Below, piece after piece: positions 1 through 9,619 of a stretch of DNA of 64,000 nt. The notes below the pieces were generated by a model. That model did not search any database, was not told the DNA's origin, and worked only from the letters and a program-made list of their open reading frames with translations. The position numbers were made by a program, and so were the translations under genes. Position 1 is the stretch's first letter, and the number at the start of each line of letters is the position of its first letter. Source of the stretch: Alphaproteobacteria bacterium (lineage in GTDB: Bacteria > Pseudomonadota > Alphaproteobacteria > MPNO01 > UBA2964); contig WLWZ01000002.1 in NCBI GenBank assembly GCA_012103315.1, positions 71,381-135,380 of the forward strand. Reading direction: 5' to 3'.

Positions 1-150
1 GATACCCTGTTTTTCGAGCTCAACCTGCCGTGCCAGATGCTGTGGTAGTAACTTCTTTATTTCTTCACGCGGGGCGATGGGACGCGTAAAAATCACATAA
101 AGGTCTTTTTGCAACATATCCTTAGTATCGGGGACGCCAGCTACAGCCAT
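1..150 (-). CDS. Partial CDS (first 50 codons; the gene runs off the left edge), possibly a YciI-like small protein
   Basis: Absent from the ORF track because there is no stop in the window. The reverse strand from ATG (150-148) reads MAVAGVPDTKDMLQKDLYVIFTRPIAPREEIKKLLPQHLARQVELEKQGI. An AAGGAG Shine-Dalgarno (complement of 158-163) lies 7 nt upstream. The family guess rests only on the remembered 'LYVI...HLA...LE..G' pattern. Confidence 0.5.
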   Translation of the reverse strand, partial: MAVAGVPDTKDMLQKDLYVIFTRPIAPREEIKKLLPQHLARQVELEKQGI

Positions 151-397
151 TGAATTTCTCCTTTAAGGGTTCTGCAGTAGTATGCCAGACCAAAGGGCAA
201 AGGCGCAAAGTGACCAAATAACGCCAAAAAAGCGCATAAAATTCTGAGTAATTTTTGTGATATTAGGCTTCAAACCTGTTGCCCAAGCTGAAAAAAGGTA
301 TAGAACACCGTTCTTGGGGGTATTGGGCTGTGTAAACGCGGCGCCAATCGATCGGGAAGTTTCAAATCACCGGATAAGAATAGGATAGAGAAGAATT

Positions 398-1240
398 ATG
401 AAAACTTTTGCAAGACTCACTGCCATTGCAGTGGCTGCGAGTTTCCTTGCCGCTTGCGGTACGGGAGAAGTCGCGAACATGTCCGTCAAGGGCGGTAACT
501 TTAACAAAGGACTGCACTCTGGCTATGTAAAGCTCGCCAACTCTGAATATGACCAAACCGACCTAAGCTCAGGCGATGATTTTGCTAGCCGCGCCAAAAT
601 GGCAGCAATGGGCAAAGCCTCAGCGCCGGAAGGTATTTCTTCACGCAAACTGGTTCCGCCGCATAAGGGTCAGCTCGTTAGTGCCCGCGCTCGTTTAGTC
701 TCCGCCCTCGGTAAAGGTGCGGCCAAGAAGGCTCCAGGCCAAGCCGCTAAAGCTCAAACCAGCTTTGATTGCTGGATGGAACAGGCAGAAGAAAATATTC
801 AGCCAAAAGATATCGCCGCCTGCCGTAAGGCCTTTAACGCTGCGATGAAAAGAGTTGAAGCTGCCTTGGCACCGAAAAAGAAAGCCAAGAAAAAGAAGAA
901 GAAAAAAGGACCGCAAACAACCCGTTATGTTGTTTATTTCGACTTCAACAGTGCCAAGCTCAACAAGGCTGGCATGAACGCTGTTGATTACACGGTCAGC
1001 CAGATCAAGAAGCGCGCCAAGATTTCGGTCACTGGCTATGCTGATCGTTCCGGCAAATCCGATTACAACAGCATCCTCGCAACGAAGCGCGCGAATGCGG
1101 TTATCCGGGCGCTTGAAAAAGCCGGCGTCAAGAATGACATCGCCGTCGCAGTCTTCGGGGAAAAGAACCCCGCTGTGAACTCAGGTGATGGCAAACGCGA
1201 ACGTCTGAATCGTCGCGTGGAGATCAGCGTTAAGCAATAA
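398..1240 (+). CDS. OmpA-family peptidoglycan-associating lipoprotein with a poly-Lys linker
   Basis: Signal peptide with lipobox (SFLAAC). C-terminal OmpA-like domain (YFDFNSAKL...TGYADRSG..DYN..LA..RA..V...L....NRRVEI). An internal KKKAKKKKKKK tract is encoded at 875-907. Confidence 0.85.
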   Translation: MKTFARLTAIAVAASFLAACGTGEVANMSVKGGNFNKGLHSGYVKLANSEYDQTDLSSGDDFASRAKMAAMGKASAPEGISSRKLVPPHKGQLVSARARLVSALGKGAAKKAPGQAAKAQTSFDCWMEQAEENIQPKDIAACRKAFNAAMKRVEAALAPKKKAKKKKKKKGPQTTRYVVYFDFNSAKLNKAGMNAVDYTVSQIKKRAKISVTGYADRSGKSDYNSILATKRANAVIRALEKAGVKNDIAVAVFGEKNPAVNSGDGKRERLNRRVEISVKQ

Positions 1241-1280
1241 GACTTGCTATTCGGCTTAACGATTAAGCCACACAAAATTC

Positions 1281-1316
1281 GGCGGTCCCGTCTAAAAAAG
1301 ATGGGCCGCCGTTTTT
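1281..1316 (+). terminator. Intrinsic terminator between convergent genes (possibly bidirectional)
   Basis: GGCGGTCCCGTC / GATGGGCCGCC imperfect hairpin followed by GTTTTTG on the + strand. On the - strand the same hairpin is followed by GAATTTTG. Confidence 0.6.
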
Positions 1317-1341
1317 GATTCTGGGTTCTGTCCAAAAGGAA

Positions 1342-2163
1342 TTAGGCGATTGTCATCTCAACCACCGCGCCACCAATCGCAAAAGACGGCAGCGGCGTAT
1401 AGAAATCCAATACACCCGTACTTCCTTCACAGGCGCCTGCCACGGTAATCCAACTCCGTATTTCATGGCCACCCGGCCCGCCATCGCGCTCGATCTCTGC
1501 GTCCGTATAGCGGATCATGTCATCCCGCCGATTGGCGGTCATCGCGTCGAGAAATTCCCTGTCCCATTCGACCGCGACCTTGCCCGACAAGGGCGCCGCC
1601 GGCCAGTGCGACAACCCGCCAGTGCCGAGCAATCCGATCCGCCCCGGCTGTTGATCAATCGCCCGGCGCAGCGCCCGGCCAAGCTCATAGGCACGTCCAA
1701 GTTTGGGATAAGGCGGGAACATGCAGTTGATAATGAGCGGCACCACCGGCACATCATAATCTGGCGTCAGGAAATGCAGCGGCACCATAAAGCCGTGATC
1801 CAGCGCAAGCTCTCCAGAATAAGCGAGATCGACGGTTTCCATGACCTCATCGGCGAGTGCAGCGGCAAGGTCTGGCGCACCCGGCACGATGGTCTTGGGG
1901 ATTTTGAGAAAATGCTCATCTTCGGTCGGCCCCGGAAAGGAATCGCCCAGCCCAATAATAAAAGCGGGCATATTATCCATGTAAAGATTCTGAATATGGT
2001 CGCTTGAGACCATTACCAACGCGTCGAGCTTGGCGGCCTCAATCCGCTGGTGCAGCCGTTCGAACCCCTCAAAGAAAGGGGCAACCTCATCTTCCGGAGC
2101 GGTTTCCCGGCGCGCCGTAATACCCGGCCCGTGATTGGTCGCAGCAGCAAAAACCAGCGGCAT
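1342..2163 (-). CDS. Class III extradiol ring-cleavage dioxygenase, catalytic (LigB-like) subunit
   Basis: LigB-family features in the translation (MPLVFAAATNHGPG..., ...SSDH..., ...GTGGLSH...). Start moved to the internal ATG at 2163, which overlaps the upstream LigA-like stop by 1 nt (TGATG). Confidence 0.75.
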   Translation of the reverse strand: MPLVFAAATNHGPGITARRETAPEDEVAPFFEGFERLHQRIEAAKLDALVMVSSDHIQNLYMDNMPAFIIGLGDSFPGPTEDEHFLKIPKTIVPGAPDLAAALADEVMETVDLAYSGELALDHGFMVPLHFLTPDYDVPVVPLIINCMFPPYPKLGRAYELGRALRRAIDQQPGRIGLLGTGGLSHWPAAPLSGKVAVEWDREFLDAMTANRRDDMIRYTDAEIERDGGPGGHEIRSWITVAGACEGSTGVLDFYTPLPSFAIGGAVVEMTIA

Positions 2164-2456
2164 CAGTCTTCCTTCTCGCGTAACGGGCCGGGATTTTCCA
2201 TACCCTTTATATAATCCAGCCAAGCGATGTTCTCGCGCCCGGCGAAGGGTGCCAGCAATTGTGGCTGCACCCCCATCTCATACAGCGCGCCAACATTCAT
2301 CGTCTCGATATAATCCTGTTCTGCCGCCGATAGTTTGTAATCAGCAAACAGTGCATCACGATCCGAGCCATAGCGCTCATACACCGCAGGCCGGGTATTC
2401 ATATGAAAGATCAGCTTTTGAACGTTATAGGCTTGCATCGAAATTAGGAGTTTCAT
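2163..2456 (-). CDS. LigA-like small subunit of a class III extradiol dioxygenase
   Basis: 97-aa protein directly upstream of, and 1-nt-overlapping, the LigB-like gene. The size and the 'YxLxxxExxxIxxxDxxALYExG' type C-terminal region match protocatechuate 4,5-dioxygenase alpha-chain-like proteins. Confidence 0.65.
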   Translation of the reverse strand: MKLLISMQAYNVQKLIFHMNTRPAVYERYGSDRDALFADYKLSAAEQDYIETMNVGALYEMGVQPQLLAPFAGRENIAWLDYIKGMENPGPLREKED

Positions 2457-2502
2457 TTTCCGTTAGATTTCCCGACCATCCTGACAAGAACGTCGGGGAT
2501 GA

Positions 2503-3702
2503 TCAAACTTCCTTTGCCAGCAGTTCCTCTAGCGCGGGCAACAACTCATCAATGGCCTGTATATGCCGTTGGATGAATGCCAAATCTTGTTCAAAAAGCC
2601 GAATGCTGTCCGTAACTTTTTCCGTGACATGAAATTCAAACAAATTACCGACTAACCCGGTATGGATGAATAAAAATAGATCGCGACCGTTGATCCCGAT
2701 AAAACGCACGTTTTCATCCAATCCTTTGAGCGCAGTATCGCAACGAACATGCTCTTGAAAATCGGAGAGGGTATAATGGTGTGAGCGGAGCAAAGTCGAA
2801 TTGTGCAAAAATTCTTCGAATATACCGGCAATCAAACTGGTGGGACGTCTGCGCCGAACTGGTGAAGCGGCAGAATCTTCGTTCGATGACCCGGTTACAA
2901 TTAAGCGCGGGGCCTGGCGTTTCGCGAAAGCGCCAGACACCCGAACGCAAATTCCATCAAATATGTTTTCCGTGACTTCCAACTGCCAGTAGGGTTCCCG
3001 TCGACCCTGCTTCTCAATTTCTCCATGAAATATTAGGCCCGTTTCCCAGAACTCAAAGATCAATGATCCGTTAGTGAATTTCATTCGATCCTGATTAAAA
3101 CTGTCTACTGAAAACCGTCGAGGGACGTCCTCCGTTTTCGTATAAGTGTCAGCAACCCAGACCATCGATTCTGCGGTCACTGCGACCAATTTTTTTGCGA
3201 GGTCAGGTCCGAATCCTGATCGCCCGGGACGCAGCGAAACAATATCCAGAGCCTGCCCGACTGACAGATTTCGCGCAGCGGCAGCCAACATGCGCCGTTT
3301 GAAGTCACGGCTGATCGCACTCTGCGTTATGGCATGCGGTACCATCGGGACGAGAACTGCGATGAGTGTGCCTAATATAAAGGTACCGGAGATAATCGCG
3401 CCACCGCCACGCCGGACACCAAGATCGTGAAGCAGAGCGAAGAGTCCTGGAGGCGTTCCAGCACCTAACCGGAGGACACCGAAAAAATATAACAAAAAAA
3501 TAACCAGACAAAGCACTGCAACCAGAAGCGAATACCAGAAGAAACTCCTGAGCGCGTAACGGTACATTTCAAAGAAACCGAGCGGCATCTCGCCTTGGCG
3601 GACAAATAGCACGGCGCAAGCCACAATTGCGGCGTACACCACAAAGCCCGCTATAGCGAAATGGACGAAGAACCCACTTAGTGCGCCTAAATCATTTGCC
3701 AT
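2503..3702 (-). CDS. Hypothetical membrane protein (about 4 N-terminal TM helices plus a ~270-aa soluble C-terminal domain)
   Basis: Long ORF with clear hydrophobic helices in residues 1-125. No motif I recognise in the remainder. The 3' half is visibly AT-richer than its neighbours. Confidence 0.6.
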   Translation of the reverse strand: MANDLGALSGFFVHFAIAGFVVYAAIVACAVLFVRQGEMPLGFFEMYRYALRSFFWYSLLVAVLCLVIFLLYFFGVLRLGAGTPPGLFALLHDLGVRRGGGAIISGTFILGTLIAVLVPMVPHAITQSAISRDFKRRMLAAAARNLSVGQALDIVSLRPGRSGFGPDLAKKLVAVTAESMVWVADTYTKTEDVPRRFSVDSFNQDRMKFTNGSLIFEFWETGLIFHGEIEKQGRREPYWQLEVTENIFDGICVRVSGAFAKRQAPRLIVTGSSNEDSAASPVRRRRPTSLIAGIFEEFLHNSTLLRSHHYTLSDFQEHVRCDTALKGLDENVRFIGINGRDLFLFIHTGLVGNLFEFHVTEKVTDSIRLFEQDLAFIQRHIQAIDELLPALEELLAKEV

Positions 3703-3761
3703 ATTTATGCCTAATGACGGCGATAGGGCCCTGTATCAGCGCCCTTCAAAAAGAAGGCCTT

Positions 3762-4844
3762 TCACGCCGCTTCGAGCGGAGCATGCAGAACAGTGCCTTC
3801 TTCCATAATGCCCTGACTGTGATCTCGAACAATATCTTCATGGACCGGCCGTGCGCCGTCAAAACTCATCCATAGCCGTAACAAATGACGCTTGCGGTCA
3901 GCATCGGGCCAATCTTCATAGCGGGTACGGGAATGCAGCGTGACATAGTTTTGCACGAAGGACATATCACCCGGTTCAAAATCAACATCCATGGCGATCT
4001 CGGCTGAAATGTCGTTATAGAGCTTGATTGCTTCCTTTTGTCCCGGGGTCAAATCAGGCACGCCCGGCATGCCCTGCGACCGCGCAATGGTGCTGCTGGC
4101 GCCGCGTGCCGCAAAGTAACCATCGGTCACACTAAACACCGGCTGGCGCGTCCACGGGTCGGTCTCGCCCGGTGGCAGTTCACCGCGCCGCGACCGGTAA
4201 AACCGGAATGCCAGTTCCTCGACCAATTCTGGCGCACGTTTCAGCATTTCGTTATGCACGGTCACCGAGCTACACATACGATGCTGGCCGCCAGATTTTG
4301 CCGTCCTGATAACACTTAGACCAAACATGTCGCAGCTATCGGCGTGAAATCCAAGTTTGGAGGCAGAGTTATAGCCGCGCCCGGTCGCCGAAGTAATTTC
4401 CGCGCCGAGGTCTCTTACGTGCCCTAATAAGTGCCCTTTGTGGTTCTGAGATACCGCCCGACCAAAGTGACGTCCGACTCCCCAAAAAGCCGCTGCCATC
4501 TGATAAAGCGAACGACCCTCGGTTGGCAGACCGCGTAAAAAGACAAATCCCCGTCCGTTTATCACCTCTTCGCGGAGGTCCTCCAGCACCGACCCAAAGA
4601 CCGGCAAAGAGAAATCCTCACGACGGATGTCCTGTAGATCAGGTGCGTGTTCTTCGACCCGCGCCACCGCGTCAACAATTTCGGTAATTTCAGCATCGGA
4701 CAGGCGATAGAGATAGGCCTGGCTCGCCTCAAGCTCCTCCCGCGTCCAGCCGGACGGATCGGTGATTGGTTCCATCAATGTCGTTGGCGTATGACTTCGA
4801 TCTGTCGGCTGCCACGGATTAGTTATCCGGTCGTTATCGGTCAT
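3762..4844 (-). CDS. TauD/TfdA-family Fe(II)/2-oxoglutarate-dependent dioxygenase
   Basis: Family-typical HxD region (GFHADSCDMFGL), a distal His (TLHSRT) and length of about 360 aa. Confidence 0.8.
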   Translation of the reverse strand: MTDNDRITNPWQPTDRSHTPTTLMEPITDPSGWTREELEASQAYLYRLSDAEITEIVDAVARVEEHAPDLQDIRREDFSLPVFGSVLEDLREEVINGRGFVFLRGLPTEGRSLYQMAAAFWGVGRHFGRAVSQNHKGHLLGHVRDLGAEITSATGRGYNSASKLGFHADSCDMFGLSVIRTAKSGGQHRMCSSVTVHNEMLKRAPELVEELAFRFYRSRRGELPPGETDPWTRQPVFSVTDGYFAARGASSTIARSQGMPGVPDLTPGQKEAIKLYNDISAEIAMDVDFEPGDMSFVQNYVTLHSRTRYEDWPDADRKRHLLRLWMSFDGARPVHEDIVRDHSQGIMEEGTVLHAPLEAA

Positions 4845-4923
4845 CGGGCATCTCTATACATCGGTGTCTTGAGAAGCAGAGTTTAACCGAATTATGTAAA
4901 GCGAGGTAGAGCGGGACAACCTC

Positions 4924-5033
4924 GTCACCTCGGACTACGATCCGGGGTCCAGTGACCGCGCGTCGGCGCGGTAAAATGCTTAGAACCGTCCTGCGGCCAG
5001 TTGGCTGGATCCCGCATCAAGTGCGGAATGACG
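4924..5033. repeat. REP-like bipartite palindromic element, copy A
   Basis: Module 1: GTCACCTCGGACTACGATCCGGGGTCC. Module 2: GGATCCCGCATCAAGTGCGGAATGACG. They are separated by a 56-nt spacer. The same two modules recur at 47502-47586, and module 1 alone at 55256-55282. Confidence 0.8.
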
Positions 5034-5048
5034 TGCGGAAACGAAGCG

Positions 5049-5798
5049 CTATTTCGCGGCGAGATCAAACGATGTTGAGCCAAGGATCGGGCCACCAAGT
5101 TCGTGCTGCACGACGATGGCGCAACCATCCTGCTTGTCGAGACCCATCATCTTAACCGGCAGCTTGATCTTGAGCTCTTTGCCATCCCACTCGCCAATGC
5201 GGCGATGCGCCCGCACGACATTCGAATAGGCGATCTTGCGGCCTTCATTTTCACCACGACGAATATCTGTCAGGTGCTCCTTGTCATAGGCAAACAACCA
5301 GATGGTAGCCGGGCTATCTGGTTTCGGTCCAGCCGCGACCGTCACCAATGCGGTATCTTTATCGGGATGGGAAATCTTGACCGGCAACCGTTGTTCTTTA
5401 CGCGCCCGTTCAATGGCGTTCAGGATCTTGCCTCGCCCGGAACCAACGCTCTGATGCGTGCCGCTGACGACCATTTGCGGCGTGTAGATGTAGCGCAGCT
5501 TAAACGCGCCACCATAGTTGCGCTGACGACGTGTTGACTCAGTACTCGAGAAAGGATCTTTCCAGCCGAGATAGTTCCAGTAATCAACATGGAACGACAA
5601 GGCGAGGACATCATCGCGTTTGGCCAGCTCACCGAGGAAACGATCAGCCGGTGGACAGGATGAACAGCCCTGAGACGTAAACAACTCAACCACGACCTTG
5701 TCGCCAGCGGCATACGCAGCACCGGCGAAAAGAGTTCCAAACCCTGTGACAGCGGCGAAAGCCGCAACAAGGACAAAGCGTCTGATTGTATCAGTCAT
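5049..5798 (-). CDS. DUF1223-family secreted thioredoxin-like protein
   Basis: Signal peptide, then VVVELFTSQGCSSCPPAD... and HVDYWNYLGWKD motifs typical of DUF1223. Confidence 0.8.
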   Translation of the reverse strand: MTDTIRRFVLVAAFAAVTGFGTLFAGAAYAAGDKVVVELFTSQGCSSCPPADRFLGELAKRDDVLALSFHVDYWNYLGWKDPFSSTESTRRQRNYGGAFKLRYIYTPQMVVSGTHQSVGSGRGKILNAIERARKEQRLPVKISHPDKDTALVTVAAGPKPDSPATIWLFAYDKEHLTDIRRGENEGRKIAYSNVVRAHRRIGEWDGKELKIKLPVKMMGLDKQDGCAIVVQHELGGPILGSTSFDLAAK

Positions 5799-5889
5799 GC
5801 CGGGAAAATAGGGATCGGCCGCTTTGAGCGCGAATCAACAATCAGTGATGTCGTTGTTAGCACTACTGCGAATATCCGACCCCAACTCC

Positions 5890-8574
5890 TTATGCCGCTT
5901 CTTCTGCGATGTTGCGAAGCACGTATTGCAGAATGCCGCCATGGCGGTAGTACTCGACCTCATCCAGCGTATCGATCCGGCATTTCGTCGTGATGTCTTC
6001 GGTCGACCCATCCGCACGGGTAATCTTCACCGCAACATCCATCGCCGGTGTAATACCGCCAGCGACGCCGGTGATGTCGAAGATTTCCGTACCATCTAGA
6101 TTGAGCGATTGACGGGTCATGCCGTCTTTAAACTCAAGCGGCAGCACGCCCATACCAATCAAGTTGGAGCGATGGATTCGCTCAAAGCTTTCAACGATAG
6201 CTGCCTTGATGCCCAACAGGTTCGGCCCTTTGGCCGCCCAATCACGTGATGAGCCCATGCCGTAATCCTTACCGGCGATAACCACCAGTGGGATACCATC
6301 CTGCTGATACTGCATTGAGGCTTCATAGACCGACATCTCTTTGCCATCGGGCATATGCTTGGTGAAACCACCTTCCGTACCCGGCACCATTTCGTTCCGG
6401 ATGCGAATATTGGCGAACGTCCCACGCGTCATGACCTCGAAGTTACCGCGCCGCGCGCCATAGGAGTTGAAGTCCTCCGGTCGGATCTGACGTTCGAGCA
6501 GGAAGCCGCCCGCCGGGCTGGCTTTCGGAAAACCACCGGCTGGTGAAATGTGATCCGTGGTCACCGAGTCACCCATCTTGAGCAGAACCCGCGCACCTTC
6601 AATGTCATTCAAGGCTGCAGGCTCCGGCTCCATCCCTTCGAAGAAAGGCGGGTACTGAACATAGGTCGAGCCATCATTCCAGGCATAGGTCTCGCCCTGC
6701 GGCACCGCCATATTGTTCCACTCATCTGAGCCATCACCGATAGCATCATAGCGAGTGCGGAACATTTCAGGCGTTATGCAGGCCCGAATGGTGTCCTGGA
6801 TTTCCTGATTGCTTGGCCAGATATCCTTGAGATAAACCGGATTGCCATCGGCATCTTCACCCAGTGCATCTGTCGTCAGATTGACATGCAGCGAACCGGC
6901 CAGCGCATAGGCAACCACCAGCGGCGGTGATGCCAGATAGTTGGCTTTGACCTGCTGATGAACGCGGCCTTCGAAGTTACGATTGCCGGACAACACCGCG
7001 CCCGCAACCAGATTGCCTTCATCGATAGCATCCGCGACCGGACCAATCAGCGGGCCAGAGTTACCAATACAAGTCGTGCAACCATAGCCGACAATGTTAA
7101 AGCCGAGCGCGTTGAGATCATCTTGCAGGTTGGCAGCGGCGAGATAATCCGACACCACCTGACTGCCCGGTGCAAGAGAGGTTTTTACCCACGGCTTGAC
7201 CTTCATGCCCTTGGCAACCGCGTTTCGGGCGACCAGCCCGGCGGCCATCAATACTGACGGATTAGAGGTGTTGGTGCAGCTGGTAATTGCGGCGATGGCG
7301 ACATGGCCATCTTTCATCGTGTAGTCCATGCCCTCAACAGCGACTTCGCCCTTGCTGGCATCCCAGCTTGGCAATTCTTTGGCAAAGTTTTCCGGCATCC
7401 CGGACAACGCGACGCGATCTTGCGGGCGACGCGGTCCGGCCAGGCTGGGCTCGACGGTAGAGATATCGAGCGACAGCGTATCGGTGAAGATCGGATCAGG
7501 TGAGTTGGCATCGCGCCACATACCCTGTTCCTTGGCATAGGCCTCGACCAAGGCGACCTGATCCGCATCACGACCGGTGGCGTTAAGGAAGTTAATCGTT
7601 TCAGAATCAATCGGGAAAAACCCACACGTCGCGCCATATTCCGGCGCCATGTTCCCAATCGTCGCGCGATCCGGCAGGCTGAGATTATCGACACCGGGTC
7701 CGTAGAATTCGACGAACTTGGAGACCACGCCCTTGGCGCGCAGCATCTGTGTCACGGTGAGAACCAGATCAGTTGCTGTCGTGCCTTCGGTCAGTGCGCC
7801 GGTCAGCTTGAAGCCAATAACTTCAGGCAACAGCATCGAAATCGGCTGGCCGAGCATCGCAGCTTCTGCCTCGATACCGCCGCAACCCCAACCAAGAACC
7901 GCGAGGCCGTTGACCATCGTGGTGTGGCTATCAGTGCCAACCAGCGTGTCAGGATAGGCGACCGTCGCGCCATCTTCTTCTGTGGTCCAGATTGTTTTGG
8001 CGAGATATTCCAGATTGACCTGATGGCAAATGCCCATACCCGGCGGGACAACCCGGAAGTTTGAAAACGCGTTCTGACCCCAGCGCAGAAATTCATAGCG
8101 TTCCTGGTTGCGTGAGAATTCAAGTTGCACGTTTTTTTCAAACGCATCAGGCGTGCCGAAGTTGTCGATCATCACCGAGTGGTCAATCACCAGATCAACT
8201 GGGCAAAGCGGGTTGATCTTCTGAACATCGCCGCCAATCTTGACCATGGCTTCGCGCATCGCCGCCAGATCAACAACTGCGGGAACACCCGTCAGGTCTT
8301 GGAGCAACACCCGTGCCGGACGGAAAGCAATCTCATCATCGGCGTTCGGTGTACCATCCCAGGAGGCTGCTGCTTTGACGTCATCTGCGGTGACCGAACG
8401 GCCATCTTCATAACGCAGGAGGTTTTCCAGCAGGACTTTCATTGAATAGGGCAGACGCGCAATGCTGCCGACACCCTTTTCTTCAGCCGCTTTCAAGCTG
8501 AAATAGTCAAAATTCTTGCCATTTACGGAAAGCGTACGACGCACGCCTAAGCTATCATTGCCGGTAACACCCAC
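5890..8574 (-). CDS. acnA: Aconitate hydratase A
   Basis: 894 aa with full-length aconitase/IRP-type sequence (Fe-S ligand regions ...TDSHTTM..., ...[10 protein letters not shown]..., ...[10 protein letters not shown]...). Confidence 0.97.
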   Translation of the reverse strand: MGVTGNDSLGVRRTLSVNGKNFDYFSLKAAEEKGVGSIARLPYSMKVLLENLLRYEDGRSVTADDVKAAASWDGTPNADDEIAFRPARVLLQDLTGVPAVVDLAAMREAMVKIGGDVQKINPLCPVDLVIDHSVMIDNFGTPDAFEKNVQLEFSRNQERYEFLRWGQNAFSNFRVVPPGMGICHQVNLEYLAKTIWTTEEDGATVAYPDTLVGTDSHTTMVNGLAVLGWGCGGIEAEAAMLGQPISMLLPEVIGFKLTGALTEGTTATDLVLTVTQMLRAKGVVSKFVEFYGPGVDNLSLPDRATIGNMAPEYGATCGFFPIDSETINFLNATGRDADQVALVEAYAKEQGMWRDANSPDPIFTDTLSLDISTVEPSLAGPRRPQDRVALSGMPENFAKELPSWDASKGEVAVEGMDYTMKDGHVAIAAITSCTNTSNPSVLMAAGLVARNAVAKGMKVKPWVKTSLAPGSQVVSDYLAAANLQDDLNALGFNIVGYGCTTCIGNSGPLIGPVADAIDEGNLVAGAVLSGNRNFEGRVHQQVKANYLASPPLVVAYALAGSLHVNLTTDALGEDADGNPVYLKDIWPSNQEIQDTIRACITPEMFRTRYDAIGDGSDEWNNMAVPQGETYAWNDGSTYVQYPPFFEGMEPEPAALNDIEGARVLLKMGDSVTTDHISPAGGFPKASPAGGFLLERQIRPEDFNSYGARRGNFEVMTRGTFANIRIRNEMVPGTEGGFTKHMPDGKEMSVYEASMQYQQDGIPLVVIAGKDYGMGSSRDWAAKGPNLLGIKAAIVESFERIHRSNLIGMGVLPLEFKDGMTRQSLNLDGTEIFDITGVAGGITPAMDVAVKITRADGSTEDITTKCRIDTLDEVEYYRHGGILQYVLRNIAEEAA

Positions 8575-8771
8575 GGCGATCTCCTCATATTATTAGGTTT
8601 TTGGACCTGGTTTTCGAATGTGGCGCGAAAATAACGCCAAAAGGCAGTATTTCTCAAGGTAAACGTTGCCTGCAAACTACGAAAATCTCCCAAATATAGG
8701 GTTAATTACCACAAAATTGCCTTAATTCAGCCCTTGGTTCTGCAAAATAACATCCCATCTTTATAGTCCTA

Positions 8772-8872
8772 GCCCCCAACGGGGCACCCGCCCCCCCGGG
8801 TGTCCCACCAGCCCTCCCATAGGGCTGGTCTCCCCTTAAGGCCGTCGGGTTTCCCCCGGCGGCCCTTTTTTT
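8772..8872 (+). ncRNA. Candidate small RNA (or ccm leader/attenuator) with C-rich hairpin loops and an intrinsic terminator
   Basis: Hairpins at 8772-8785, 8785-8802 (loop CCCCCC) and 8808-8828 (8-bp stem, loop CCCAT). Terminator stem 8840-8849/8855-8864 followed by T7 at 8866-8872. No CDS lies upstream on this strand. A TATAGT box sits at 8762-8767. Confidence 0.45.
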
Positions 8873-8965
8873 CGCCTCGCCACAACGACTCGGCTTTATT
8901 AAGGTGGCGCGCGGCCCTCCATGGTTAACGACGACCAAGTCTCGGCATATTAGGTGGCAAGTTAG

Positions 8966-9619
8966 GTGGCAATGCGGTTTTTCGGGGAAAACCTGTCCTG
9001 TGTACGCGGCGAACGGCTGGTCTTTAGCGGACTGGACTTTGCCGTCGAGCCCGGAACGGCATTGGTCCTGACCGGCAGCAACGGGTCTGGCAAAACCAGT
9101 CTGCTGCGGGTGATGGCCGGGCTAACGCGACCGACTGAGGGACAACTTGCCTGGGACGATGGTCCCATCTCCGACGATCCTGAAAATCATCACAGGCGGT
9201 TGCATTTTGTCGGACATCTCGACGCCTTGAAGCCAGTTTTATCGGTCCACGAAAATCTCGATATCTGGGCACGGCTACAGGGTGGTATCGAGAAAAAAAT
9301 TGCGTCAGCATTAAAAAAACTGATGCTAGAGGGTTTTGAAAATATTCCCGGGCGATATTTATCAGCCGGGCAAAGACGACGCCTATCCCTTGCCCGATTG
9401 GCGGCCAGCGACGCACCACTCTGGCTCCTCGATGAACCGACTATCGCTCTCGACGCGCCATCAGTCGCCGCCGTCCGGAGCCTGATCGCAGAGCATCGAA
9501 CCAATGGCGGGATGGCCGTGATCGCAACCAATGTCGATCTCGGGATCGCCGATACCACCACGCTCAACCTGCTCGATTTCACAGCCAGCAATGAAGACAT
9601 CTGGGAGGGCGTCACGTGA
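8966..9619 (+). CDS. ccmA: Heme exporter ATP-binding protein CcmA
   Basis: ABC ATPase with Walker A (GSNGSGKTS), signature (LSAGQRRR) and Walker B (LWLLDEP). First gene of the ccm operon. GTG at 8966 has AGGTGG 8 nt upstream; ATG at 8972 is an alternative start. Confidence 0.92.
   Translation: MAMRFFGENLSCVRGERLVFSGLDFAVEPGTALVLTGSNGSGKTSLLRVMAGLTRPTEGQLAWDDGPISDDPENHHRRLHFVGHLDALKPVLSVHENLDIWARLQGGIEKKIASALKKLMLEGFENIPGRYLSAGQRRRLSLARLAASDAPLWLLDEPTIALDAPSVAAVRSLIAEHRTNGGMAVIATNVDLGIADTTTLNLLDFTASNEDIWEGVT

Noticed and set aside
8772-8872. Whether the structured RNA is a known housekeeping RNA (SRP/4.5S RNA, 6S RNA, tmRNA piece)
   Set aside because: The conserved SRP domain IV sequence (GGAAGCAGCC-type) is absent. 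The length is far too short for 6S RNA or RNase P RNA. There is no tRNA-like end or tag ORF for tmRNA.
8702-8938. 78-aa minus-strand ORF in the acnA-ccmA spacer
   Set aside because: It is generated by the GC-rich hairpins (a run of Gly/Pro/Ala/Arg codons), has no Shine-Dalgarno and overlaps the terminator. The RNA-structure interpretation explains the region better.
8950-8973. 12-nt tandem duplication TTAGGTGGCAAG / TTAGGTGGCAAT at the ccmA start, duplicating the Shine-Dalgarno
   Set aside because: It is real in the sequence but too short to interpret. It only makes the ccmA start ambiguous (GTG 8966 versus ATG 8972).
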